Shown here one piece after another: positions 1 through 10,046 of a DNA stretch of 64,000 nt. The notes below the pieces were generated by a model, which was not told the DNA's origin, made no database searches, and saw nothing but the letters and a program-made list of their open reading frames with translations. A program made the translations under genes and the position numbers. Positions within the stretch are counted from its first letter, which is position 1, and every line of letters starts with the position of its first letter. Source of the DNA: Chitinophagales bacterium (GTDB lineage Bacteria > Bacteroidota > Bacteroidia > Chitinophagales > UBA10324); NCBI GenBank assembly GCA_013816805.1, contig JACDDS010000002.1:73530-137529 (forward strand). Reading direction: 5' to 3'.

Positions 1-117
1 TGATTTTGACTTACCTGCTGTAAATACTTTGGTAATTTTTTTTCTCATTAAAAATGCGCTGCTGCCAAGGGCAATAAGAACCAGCACAAGAACAATAAGA
101 AGTGTACGTTTTTTCAT
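1..117 (-). CDS. hypothetical membrane-anchored protein, N-terminal fragment only (CDS runs off the left edge)
   Basis: A reverse-strand ATG at 117..115 opens a frame that stays open to base 1: MKKRTLLIVLVLVLIALGSSAFLMRKKITKVFTAGKSKS. It has a hydrophobic N-terminal helix. 39 aa is too short to assign a function. Confidence 0.4.
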   Translation of the reverse strand, partial: MKKRTLLIVLVLVLIALGSSAFLMRKKITKVFTAGKSKS

Positions 118-439
118 GAATTTAATTTTAGCTGTTATTATTTTTAATTGATTTTGTATAATGATTTGTATAATATGAAGGCGTATACTTCTATTGGATT
201 ATAAAAGACACTCTTGTAAATTTCCTTTTGCAAAGGTATTTAAGCTTTAAAAGGGGGCTGTTAACGGTCTTTAAAACTTTGTTAACGAAAAGCAAATGGT
301 TTATACCGTTGCACTTTATTGGTAAATTTGCCATCTGTTACACTCAATTTACCTTATCAATTTGCTTTTTCATACCGTTATCTATTAAAAAGCATTCTTA
401 ACCAGTTAATTTTCATTTCATAAAAATCTACCCGTTAAT

Positions 440-3400
440 ATGAGCAGATTCATTACCCGTTTTAATTTCGGAATCTTACTCGTTTCAGTACTTCTGTTTG
501 TCGCATCCTGCACTAATTTTGAAAAGGTCTATCAGAAAAACTTTGATTTTCCTGCTGCCGACAGCTCGAAGTTTGATAAAACAGATGGCAATTCAGGAAA
601 GATGTTCGACATCCTTACCGGTACCTCAACGGGCATCAACTTCATTAACCAACTCAAATTTGGCTTTCTGCAGGACAATAATCTTTATGTTAACTATTAT
701 AATGGTGGCGGCGTAGGTGTAATGAATGTAAATGGAGATTCCCTACCCGATCTCTATTTCAGCGGTAACCAGGTACCAGATGCCGTGTATATTAACGAGG
801 GCAACATGCACTTTAAAGATATATCCGCTAATTCCGGGATCTTTCAAAAAAATAAAGGTTGGTCTACCGGAGTTTCAGTTGCTGATGTGAATAACGATGG
901 ATATGATGATATATATGTCTGCCGGTCACGCTGGAAAGATTCGCTTTCAAATCTTCTTTATATCAATAAAGGAAATAACACCTTTACTGAAGTAGGAAAA
1001 CAGTATGGAGTAGACTGCCCGGATTGTTATACTATGGGTGCAGTATTTTTTGATTATGATAACGATGGTGATCTTGACTTATACGTTAAAAATCATCCAT
1101 CCGACTGGATTGAACGCATGCGCTTTAATAACCTCGAAAAGGTTGAAAAAGGAACTAATCAAAGTGATAAGTTTTACAGGAATGATGGCAATGGGCACTT
1201 TACCGATATGTCAAAACAAGCAGGCATTAATAATCACGGTTACGGTTTAGCAGTATGTGCTGCTGACCTGAATGATGATGGCTGGCAGGATATATATGGC
1301 TGCAACGATTTTGCAATGTATGATTACGTTTATATGAATAATAAGAACGGGACCTTTGCTGATGAATCAAGAAATATATTGAATAAAACTTCCATGTTTT
1401 CAATGGGAGTTGATATTGCTGATTTTAATAACGATGGATTTCAGGATATTGTAACCGCGGATATGCGCTTTAATTACTCCTATGTCCGGCGTTCTTTTGC
1501 TCTGGGACTTCGCCGCAATGAGTTTAATAATATGACCACTTCGGGTTATGGATACCAGTATGTAAAGAACACGCTACAATTGAATAATGGCGATGGCACC
1601 TTTTCTGAAATAGCTAACCTTGCGGGAACTGATGCTACTGACTGGTCATGGGGGCCTTTATTTGCCGATTTCGATAATGATGGATGGAAAGATGTTTTTA
1701 TACCGAATGGATATTACCGCTGGCTCAATGTAGATGAACGTGAATTATACCAGGCTATGAAGGATGCTACGAGACGCAAAGACAGCGTTGCCTACAATAA
1801 GCTTTATAAGATGGTGAATAAGAAAAAACTGGAGGATCCGGATTTCATCTTCAAAAATAACCATGATCTCACCTTTACCGATGAGTCACAAACGTGGGGG
1901 ATAAACCTTCCTAACATAAACCACGGAGCCGCATTTGCGGATCTGGACAAGGACGGAGACCTTGATCTTATTGTAAGTAATACTGACCGTACTCCTTTTA
2001 TCTATCGGAATAATGAAGAAAAGCTTGTGGGAAATAACTGGATAGAGTTTGACTTTAAAGGAGAATCAAAAAACCTGAATGCCATTGGTGCTAAGGTGCA
2101 TATCTGGAGTAACAGCGGAATGCAATTCGGTGAGCACCATGTAGTTCGCGGCTACCAGTCTTCATCCGAAAACTTTATGCATTTCGGATTAGCGAAAGAC
2201 GATAGTGTAAAAAGAGTAGTGGTGGAATGGCCTGATGGAAAAACTGAAGAGCTATTTAATTTGAAGGTTAATCAATTGATCGCCTTAAATTATAAAAACG
2301 CTACCAACAGGAAAATTGATCTTCATCCAAAATACAACCGAATGTTTACCGAGTCTACCGACAAGCTAGGCATTGATTACGTTCACCAGGAAAATGATTA
2401 TGAGGACTTTACCAAAGAACTATTATTGCCGCATAAGTTAAGCCGCTATGGCCCGGGACTTGCCGTGGCTGACGTAAATAATGACGGACTTGAAGATTTT
2501 TACGTTGGTGGAGCGCAGCAGCATCCCGGAGCATTATACCTCCAGGCCGCAAACAAAAAATTTGAGAAAGCCTCTCAGCAGCCCTGGGATCAGGATAAAA
2601 TGAGCGAATCACTTGGTGTGCTTTTCTTTGATGCAGACGGCGATGGCGATATGGATTTATATATGGCTTCCGGGGGAAATGAATATAAAGCAGATGATGT
2701 AAACCTGGAGGATCTTCTTTACTTAAATGATGGTAAAGGAAATTTTACCAGGTCGGCTAAGGCATTGCCTGAAGAGCATATCAGCAACTCTTGCGCAGTA
2801 GCCGGCGATTTTGATAATGACGGTGATCTGGATCTTTTCCTTGGAGGAAGAGTAGTTCCCGGAAATTATCCATATCCCGCAAAGAGTACTATACTGCGAA
2901 ATGATAAAGGCACCTTTAAAGATGTTACCAGTGAAATAGCCCCTATGCTCGACAAAATCGGGCTGGTTTGCGGAGCCATCTGGAGTGACTATAACAGTGA
3001 TGGCAAATTAGATATAATTATAGCAGGTGAATGGACACCCATCACCGTATTGAAAAATACAGGTGGGAAATTTGAGAATGCTACCAAAGAAGCAGGTCTT
3101 GAAAATTATACTGGCTGGTGGAACAGTATTGTGGCAGGTGATTTTGATAACGATGGTGACATAGATTATGTAGCAGGAAATGAAGGCCTGAATTCACGTT
3201 ACTATAAACCGACAGCCACTGAACCGGTAGAATGCTATGCCGCAGACTTTGATAAGAATGGAACAAACGATTTGCTGATGTCTGTCTACAATCACGGGAA
3301 AGCGTATCCTGTTAAAACAAGGATGACAATGGCCGAGCAGGTTCCCATGTTGGGTAAAAAGTTCGAACTGTATAAACAGTTTGCCCTTGCAACCACGCCT

Positions 3401-4051
3401 GAAGTTTTTGGTCAGGAGGCACTGGATAAATCTTATCATCTTATCGCTAATACATTTGCTTCTTCTTACATAGAAAACCAGGGAAATGGCACATTTGCCG
3501 TGAGGCCTCTTCCGGTTGAAGCCCAATTTTCATGTCTTTACGGTATGGTTCCATATGATGTAAATAACGATGGCAACCTGGATATTATAGCTCATGGAAA
3601 TTTTTACAACACTGAATCGGAAACAGAACGTGACGATGCCTGCATTGGCCTGGTAATGCTGGGCGATGGAAAAGGAAGCTTTTCTTCTCAATCGGTTCAG
3701 CAAACAGGGTTTTTATCGAAAAAAGACGCAAAGGCACTCGCCATGATTTATGTAGGTAAAGATGACATGCCGGTGTTGATGGGTACGAATAATAACAGCA
3801 AGATGTTCGCCTACGAAATCACTAACAATGCTAAGAATGAAATCAGGCTTACCGAACAGGATAAGTATGCAGATATTTTCTATAAAGACAGTCGTAAAAG
3901 TCGTTTTGAGCCCAATATCGGTTCCGGCTTTCTTTCAGAAAACTCGAAGATGCTCTCCTTTATGGCCCCATTAGTCGACAAGGTAGTAGCAACCAATTAT
4001 AAAGGTGAACAGCGCGTAGTGTATCAAAGTGGTGTTCTTGCCTCAAAATAA
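440..4051 (+). CDS. FG-GAP/VCBS-repeat lipoprotein with central ASPIC/UnbV-like domain (CRTAC1-like family)
   Basis: 1203-aa ORF with a lipoprotein-type signal (LLFVASC). It has many Ca-binding FG-GAP-type repeats (DVNNDGYDDIYV, DYDNDGDLDLYV, DLNDDGWQDIY, DFNNDGFQDIV, DFDNDGWKDVF, DLDKDGDLDLIV, DFDNDGDLDLFL, DFDNDGDIDYV). A central block (RGYQSSSENFMHFGL ... VVVEWPDGKTEE) is typical of ASPIC/UnbV. Confidence 0.85.
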   Translation: MSRFITRFNFGILLVSVLLFVASCTNFEKVYQKNFDFPAADSSKFDKTDGNSGKMFDILTGTSTGINFINQLKFGFLQDNNLYVNYYNGGGVGVMNVNGDSLPDLYFSGNQVPDAVYINEGNMHFKDISANSGIFQKNKGWSTGVSVADVNNDGYDDIYVCRSRWKDSLSNLLYINKGNNTFTEVGKQYGVDCPDCYTMGAVFFDYDNDGDLDLYVKNHPSDWIERMRFNNLEKVEKGTNQSDKFYRNDGNGHFTDMSKQAGINNHGYGLAVCAADLNDDGWQDIYGCNDFAMYDYVYMNNKNGTFADESRNILNKTSMFSMGVDIADFNNDGFQDIVTADMRFNYSYVRRSFALGLRRNEFNNMTTSGYGYQYVKNTLQLNNGDGTFSEIANLAGTDATDWSWGPLFADFDNDGWKDVFIPNGYYRWLNVDERELYQAMKDATRRKDSVAYNKLYKMVNKKKLEDPDFIFKNNHDLTFTDESQTWGINLPNINHGAAFADLDKDGDLDLIVSNTDRTPFIYRNNEEKLVGNNWIEFDFKGESKNLNAIGAKVHIWSNSGMQFGEHHVVRGYQSSSENFMHFGLAKDDSVKRVVVEWPDGKTEELFNLKVNQLIALNYKNATNRKIDLHPKYNRMFTESTDKLGIDYVHQENDYEDFTKELLLPHKLSRYGPGLAVADVNNDGLEDFYVGGAQQHPGALYLQAANKKFEKASQQPWDQDKMSESLGVLFFDADGDGDMDLYMASGGNEYKADDVNLEDLLYLNDGKGNFTRSAKALPEEHISNSCAVAGDFDNDGDLDLFLGGRVVPGNYPYPAKSTILRNDKGTFKDVTSEIAPMLDKIGLVCGAIWSDYNSDGKLDIIIAGEWTPITVLKNTGGKFENATKEAGLENYTGWWNSIVAGDFDNDGDIDYVAGNEGLNSRYYKPTATEPVECYAADFDKNGTNDLLMSVYNHGKAYPVKTRMTMAEQVPMLGKKFELYKQFALATTPEVFGQEALDKSYHLIANTFASSYIENQGNGTFAVRPLPVEAQFSCLYGMVPYDVNNDGNLDIIAHGNFYNTESETERDDACIGLVMLGDGKGSFSSQSVQQTGFLSKKDAKALAMIYVGKDDMPVLMGTNNNSKMFAYEITNNAKNEIRLTEQDKYADIFYKDSRKSRFEPNIGSGFLSENSKMLSFMAPLVDKVVATNYKGEQRVVYQSGVLASK

Positions 4052-4063
4052 TCCAATTCCTCA

Positions 4064-4086
4064 GCAGTGTCAGTTTTTGACACTGC
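4064..4086 (+). other. intercistronic stem-loop between the two FG-GAP paralogs
   Basis: Perfect 8-bp inverted repeat GCAGTGTC (4064-4071) / GACACTGC (4079-4086) with a 7-nt loop. It lies 13 nt after the stop of the first paralog and 20 nt before the start of the second. No T-run follows it, so it is not a canonical terminator. Confidence 0.35.
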
Positions 4087-4105
4087 CTTATAAAAAATAA
4101 AAAAC

Positions 4106-7100
4106 ATGAAACATTGGATGGGAATCAGTTGGGGAATGCTTGCTTTTGGTTGTACAACCTTGCTTGCAGTTACCTTATCATCCTGCAATAGTGGTTATAA
4201 GAATGCTGATCTTACTGCTATAGATTTTCCGGGTTACGACAGTACCAAGTTTGATCCTATCGATAAATCCACCGGCAAATTATTTGATATTTTAAGTAAT
4301 CAGGCTACCGGTCTGAATTTTATTAATAAGGTGCAGTATCACATAGGCGATGACAACAATCAATATAATTACTATTACAACGGCGCCGGAGTGGCAGTTC
4401 TGAACGTAAATGGCGATTCTCTGCCCGACCTGTATTTTACGGCTAACCTGGTTCCTGACCGGCTTTATATTAATGAAGGCAATATGCATTTCAAGGATGT
4501 TTCTGCTCCGGCAGGCATTTTACAGCGGAATAAGGGATGGTCAACAGGTGTATCAATCGTTGATATAAATAATGACGGATTGGATGATATTTATGTATGC
4601 CGTTCCCGGTGGAAAGATTCTCTTGCAAACCTCCTTTATGTTAACAATGGAGATAATACTTTTTCTGAAAAAGCAGCACAATACGGCATCGATTCAAAGG
4701 AAAGCTTTCATATAATGGCAAACTTCTTCGACTACGATAAGGATGGCGATATGGATCTGTTTTTAGCCTGCCACCCTACCGACTGGGTCGATAAAATGCG
4801 CTTTAATAACTTTGAAAAAGTAGGTACCGGCCAAAATCAAAGTGATAAGCTTTACAGGAATGACGGTGGTCATTTTATTGATGTTTCCAAAGAAGCAGGC
4901 ATCAATACGCAAGGCTATAGCTTAAGCTGCACATCAGGAGATTTAAATGGAGATGGATATCCTGATATCTACGTTCCCAATGATTTTGCCATGTATGATC
5001 TGTACTTCGTGAACCAGAAAAATGGCACATTTAAGGAGTCAACCAAAGATTACATAAAAAAAACCTCCCTGTTTGGGATGGGTAGTGATATAGGTGATAT
5101 CAATAATGACGGATACCTGGATATAATGGTAGCCGATATGAAGTTTGATCACTCTTATGTACGCAGGTCTTTTATGCTGTCACAGCGTCGTGCTGAATTT
5201 AATAACATGGTGGCGGGAGGATATTACTATCAGTATGTAAAGAATTCTTTACAGCTTAACAATGGCAATGGCTATTTCTCTGAGATTGCTGAGCTCGCCG
5301 GTGTAGATGCTACCGAGTGGAGCTGGTCTCCGCTTTTAGTTGACCTGGATAATGACGGATACCAGGACATCTTTATGTCAAATGGGTATTATAAAACCTT
5401 CAATATAGACGAGCGTGAACTGTATCAGGCAATGAAAGATGCAACACGTAGAAAAGATACTGCCACCTATAATAAGATGCAACGCATTATTAACCATAAA
5501 AAGCTACGCGACCCCAATTGTGTTTTCAAAAATAACGGCGACCTTACTTTTACCCGTGAAACAAATAACTGGGGATTTTTTGAACCGACTATTTCGCATG
5601 GTGCAGCCTTTGCAGATTTTGATAAGGATGGTGATATTGACATTGTAGTTAGCAATACTGATCAAACATCCTTAGTCTACCGGAATAATGAGTCACAGAT
5701 GCTCAAAAACCATTTTATTCAGTTTAAGTTTTCAGGATCGGAAAAAAATACAAAAGGGATAGGCACTGAGGTTAAAATTTACACCAAAAATGGGATGCAG
5801 TTTCAATCCTATCATGTGGTTCGCGGTTACCAGTCATGTTCTGAGAATTTCATGCACTTTGGTTTAGGCGATGCCACATCAGTTGATAAGGTATATATAA
5901 AATGGCCTGATGGCAGGCAGCAGGAATTAGATAATCTGGAGGCGGATCATGTGTACACTGTAAGTTATAAAGATGCTTTGGAAAAAAACCTTGAGCCCCA
6001 GGATCAATCGGCTCCTATGTTTAGCGACGTGACGAACAAGCTAAAGATCGATTTTGTGCACCAGGAAGATGAGTATAATGATTTTCAGAAAGAGCTGCTG
6101 CTTCCCCAAAAGAACAGCCATTACGGTCCGGGGCTTGCTGCAGGCGATGTGAATGATGATGGGCTGGATGATTTTTTTGTGTGCGGTGCTATGCGACAGA
6201 CCGGAGTGCTTTATCTCCAGACTGCCAATGGAGAATTTCAGGCCTCTGGCGGACAGCCATGGGAAAATGATAAAGCCGCAGATGGTCTGGGAACCCTTCT
6301 ATTTGATGCAGATGGCGATGAGGATCTTGACTTATTTGTTGTTTCGGGAGGGAATGAAATGGCTGCGAATGACAAAGCTTATGCTGATCACTTTTATATA
6401 AACGATGGCAAAGGGAGGTTCAGTGAAGCTTCCAATGATGCATTGCCGGCTTTAAATGAGAGCGGCTCCTGTATTGTGGCCGGAGATTACGATGACGATG
6501 GCGATCTGGATCTTTTTATAGGAGGCCGGTTGGTTCCCCAGCAATATCCTTCCCCTGCCAAAAGCACGATCCTTCAAAATAACCATGGTAAGTTCACAGA
6601 TGTTACCGCTCAAATTGCACCTGAATTAAATAAAGAAGGGCTAGTGTGCTCTGCCATATGGACAGATTTCAATAATGACAATAAGCTTGACCTCATCCTT
6701 ACAGGTGAATGGATGCCGGTGACTTTTTTAGAAAATGAAAATGGAAAATTTGTAAATATTACGAAACAAATAGGATTTGAAAATACCACCGGATTGTGGA
6801 ATAGTATCGTGTCCGGCGATTTTGATAATGATGGAGATATGGACTACATAGCGGCGAATGAAGGATGGAATACGAGGTATTATCGTCCATCGCCTGAGTA
6901 TCCTATTGATCTGTATGCGAATGATTTTGATAAGAATGGGACTCAGGATGTGGTAATTTCCTTTTACAATTTCGGGAAAAGCTATCCCGTAAAAAACCTT
7001 CAATACAGTGCTGAGCAAATGCCTATGCTGGCAAAAGAATTTAAAACTTATTCAGGCTTTGCCTTGTCCACCACAGAAGAGATTTATGGCCCTAAAGGCC

Positions 7101-7729
7101 TCGATAAAGCGTATCATATGAGTGCCAAAACACTGGCAAGCTCCTTCATTGAAAATAAAGGAAATGGAAAGTTTGAACTTCGTGCATTACCTATACGGGC
7201 TCAGGCTTCTTCCATCTACGGCATGATGGCCTACGATGTAAACAGGGATGGTTATCTTGATCTGGTCTACCAGGGAAATTTTTTCTCTAAAGAAACAGAA
7301 ACCGAACGCAACGATGCCTTTATTGGCGAAGTACTTCTTGGGGACGGAGCCGGAAATTTCAATTATTTACCCAGCGTTAAAAGTGGGTTCTTTAATAATC
7401 AGGATGCCAAAGCCCTTTCAATGATATATATCGGAAAGAATAAAGCACCGGTTATGTTATGTACAAATAACAACGATAAAATGCTTGCATTCTCTCTTGA
7501 CGATCACGGAACTGAAAAAATTCCTTATACTGATAAAGACAAGTATATAGAGGTGATACTGAACGATGGACACACGCAACGGCATGAAACCAATTTCGGG
7601 GGAGGTTATCTCTCTCAAAATGCCAATGTAATTTCTTTTATTCCTGGCCTTACCAGTAAGGTTGTGATAACTGATTACAAGAACCAGGAAAGAACAGTGT
7701 TTTCATCAGGAACACTGGCAGCAAAGTAA
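4106..7729 (+). CDS. FG-GAP/VCBS-repeat lipoprotein with ASPIC/UnbV-like domain (tandem paralog of 440..4051)
   Basis: 1207-aa ORF with a lipobox (TLSSC), collinear with the upstream protein along its whole length. It has the same repeat series (DINNDGLDDIYV, DYDKDGDMDLFL, DINNDGYLDIMV, DLDNDGYQDIF, DFDKDGDIDIVV) and the same central block (RGYQSCSENFMHFGL ... IKWPDGRQQE). Confidence 0.85.
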   Translation: MKHWMGISWGMLAFGCTTLLAVTLSSCNSGYKNADLTAIDFPGYDSTKFDPIDKSTGKLFDILSNQATGLNFINKVQYHIGDDNNQYNYYYNGAGVAVLNVNGDSLPDLYFTANLVPDRLYINEGNMHFKDVSAPAGILQRNKGWSTGVSIVDINNDGLDDIYVCRSRWKDSLANLLYVNNGDNTFSEKAAQYGIDSKESFHIMANFFDYDKDGDMDLFLACHPTDWVDKMRFNNFEKVGTGQNQSDKLYRNDGGHFIDVSKEAGINTQGYSLSCTSGDLNGDGYPDIYVPNDFAMYDLYFVNQKNGTFKESTKDYIKKTSLFGMGSDIGDINNDGYLDIMVADMKFDHSYVRRSFMLSQRRAEFNNMVAGGYYYQYVKNSLQLNNGNGYFSEIAELAGVDATEWSWSPLLVDLDNDGYQDIFMSNGYYKTFNIDERELYQAMKDATRRKDTATYNKMQRIINHKKLRDPNCVFKNNGDLTFTRETNNWGFFEPTISHGAAFADFDKDGDIDIVVSNTDQTSLVYRNNESQMLKNHFIQFKFSGSEKNTKGIGTEVKIYTKNGMQFQSYHVVRGYQSCSENFMHFGLGDATSVDKVYIKWPDGRQQELDNLEADHVYTVSYKDALEKNLEPQDQSAPMFSDVTNKLKIDFVHQEDEYNDFQKELLLPQKNSHYGPGLAAGDVNDDGLDDFFVCGAMRQTGVLYLQTANGEFQASGGQPWENDKAADGLGTLLFDADGDEDLDLFVVSGGNEMAANDKAYADHFYINDGKGRFSEASNDALPALNESGSCIVAGDYDDDGDLDLFIGGRLVPQQYPSPAKSTILQNNHGKFTDVTAQIAPELNKEGLVCSAIWTDFNNDNKLDLILTGEWMPVTFLENENGKFVNITKQIGFENTTGLWNSIVSGDFDNDGDMDYIAANEGWNTRYYRPSPEYPIDLYANDFDKNGTQDVVISFYNFGKSYPVKNLQYSAEQMPMLAKEFKTYSGFALSTTEEIYGPKGLDKAYHMSAKTLASSFIENKGNGKFELRALPIRAQASSIYGMMAYDVNRDGYLDLVYQGNFFSKETETERNDAFIGEVLLGDGAGNFNYLPSVKSGFFNNQDAKALSMIYIGKNKAPVMLCTNNNDKMLAFSLDDHGTEKIPYTDKDKYIEVILNDGHTQRHETNFGGGYLSQNANVISFIPGLTSKVVITDYKNQERTVFSSGTLAAK

Positions 7730-7759
7730 AAACGGATTGAAATTGTTCTAAGCCGTTTT
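7729..7759 (+). terminator. possible weak terminator hairpin after the second FG-GAP gene
   Basis: AAAACGG (7729-7735) pairs with CCGTTTT (7753-7759) around a 17-nt loop, followed by CATCTTTTT. The stem is short and AT-rich and the loop is large. Confidence 0.3.
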
Positions 7760-8128
7760 CATCTTTTTCCAGTCTATACAACACTTTCTGACTGCACATT
7801 CGATTCCATCATAAGACATCGGAATTATTTTATTTTAATGATATGATATTCTTTTTAAATTTCTTTTGTCTTGACCCAAAAGAAACAAAAAGTCAAGGCT
7901 GTAGAAAAACCGAAGCGCTACCCAAGCTCACTCACGGAAATTAAAGCTCAGATTACAGGCCAGGATTATTTTTAAAATTATATGCTGCACTGTCACACAT
8001 TTTTCCTTTTGCTTTTTGCTCATTTCTTTACTCATGCTTCTGTTTTTCAAAGGCCGTTTGTGCACAGAGTAAAAAACTTCGCTAACATCAAAGCCATGCA
8101 ACTATAAGTGCCCTCCCTGTCAAATTCA

Positions 8129-9858
8129 TCATCTCACCACCGCCACTTTCCCCTCCGCCACCCGCTCCCTTCGCTGCATTACCTTCCATTCATACACCCC
8201 ATTCGGAAAAGCACTAACATCGAGCATTCGACTTTTAAAGTAGTGATACAAGCTGATAGTCGCAGAACTATTCCCAAATTCATCATATAGCTCAAATACA
8301 GCATCATCATTTGATTGATAAATGATGTTGAGCATGAGGAAACCGGATTTGGTGAAACTCTAAATGAACCGTGGTTTTGCGGTTTAGGTGTATGCACTAC
8401 ATCAGCAATATCCATAAACACCGTTACGGTATCTTCTCTCACATTACAACTGCTGTAAGTAGAGGTGTCTGTAATGGTAAGATAATACGTGGTAGTGGTA
8501 TCCGGTGATGCAATAGGCTGTGCAACGGTGGTATCGCTTAAGGTTGGATCTGAATGCCATTGATACTTTACCCCTGCTACGGGTGGAATACCGAGCACAA
8601 CGCTTTGGCCTTGGGTGATAGTGTCGTTAGGGCCTGCATCGGCAATATAGTTGCCTAGAGGGCCGAGATCATAATTAGGAAAGTAGGGTATAGATACACT
8701 GTTAAAAAAAGGTAAAATAAGCCCATGAGGGACTACATTACAAGCTAATCCATCACTATCAGGTCTATCTATGTATGTTAATACGTATGTTCCCTGCTCA
8801 GTAGAAATGTAAATCCTATTGTCAGGAGCTTCCTGCATTAAAAAGAACCCACGTCTGTCTATCCAAATATGTGCTATCCCAAATAGCTACCGTATCCGGC
8901 TGTTGGAGAAAATTTTTTTCTCTGGTATCGAATTGCGTAATATAATCAAGAGATGAGTTATAAAAATAGCGATTATTTGGCGAAAAGGAACACCCTAGAA
9001 AGTCAAAAATCTTCGGCTTCTTAAGCTGTAGTGTTTGCCAATCCGTCAGTAATCCAGTGCAACGATCGAAATGATAATAGTCCATAATATATTCGTCCCA
9101 CACTGAAAAACAAATTGGTTACCATCCGGTGAAAAACAGGTTTGTCCAAAGCCAAAGTCCTGAAAGAAAGTCGAACCGATTTCTTGCTCATAAGGCCCCT
9201 CAATAGTTGTGGGGGTCAGCAACCAACGGTAAAATTTATTAGAGTTCCACTTATGAGCGAGTATCCACCAATCTCTTCCATTAGCTGCCTTACATGCAGA
9301 AAGTTTGCCTTGCAATAAAGTATCCTCAATAATATATTCATTTTTAACTGTAACTGCTCCTAATCCATGATCTTTCCGCATGTCCACTACACTATGACTT
9401 AAATGCATTGGATAGAATAATTGTTGTTTTTGATAGATAAGCGGTTCCGTAGTGATATAGAATAGATCGTATAAAAAAAAGCTATCAGGATGAGGGATAA
9501 TAATCATTCCCTGAACAAATCCTAAACCATTATCACCATAATAATAATCCGTTGAATAGCCTCTGTTAAATCCTTTACCATTAGAAAGACTATCATTATT
9601 TCGATTGGCTATCCATTGACCATTTGAATAAAAAAGTAAATTTCCCGAAGTATCGCAGATGCTTGCATTAGTAGCAAACATAGACATAGAGCGGTAGACG
9701 CTAAAGGTATCAGCAAAGCCGGAGTCAAAACGAACAGCTGACATATAAATGTAATTAGGTGTATTATATGATAGGCCTAACTCCCAAACATTACCCAAGC
9801 TTTGACCATTACAAAATGATGGAATGACCATTATCAAAATGATAAACACTTTTTTCAT
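8129..9858 (-). pseudogene. T9SS-secreted protein gene disrupted by three frameshifts
   Basis: Four consecutive minus-strand ORFs in different frames read as one protein. 9046..9858 carries the signal peptide (MKKVFIILIMVIPSFCNGQ). 8822..9103 and 8179..8838 follow, the latter with a PKD/Ig-like block (DAGPNDTITQGQSVVLG...YQWHSDP...TTYYLTITD). 8129..8335 is a T9SS C-terminal sorting tail (SPNPVSS...LNIIYQSNDDAVFELYDEFGN...FPNGVYEWKV...GKVAVVR). Two of the frame joins fall on A5 runs at 9106-9110 and 8840-8844. Confidence 0.75.
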
Positions 9859-10046
9859 ATGCAGGAATAATCATTTCATTATAACTAATTTTCTGCTGCT
9901 ACAATTTTGGTTACCTTCATAAAGACTGCAGTAGTAGACCCCTGCATGCCTCCGGCGTGTCTCCTCCCGAGCTCTCTGCCGAAGACAGGCACACGGCGGC
10001 ACAAACACAAGGATTAAAACCTTTGGCTGAAAACTACTTTTGTAAA

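Noticed and set aside
8108-8290. A 60-aa plus-strand ORF in the convergent intergenic area.
   Set aside because: It is antisense to the T9SS sorting tail of the pseudogene (8129..8335) and has a low-complexity Pro/Ser/His composition.
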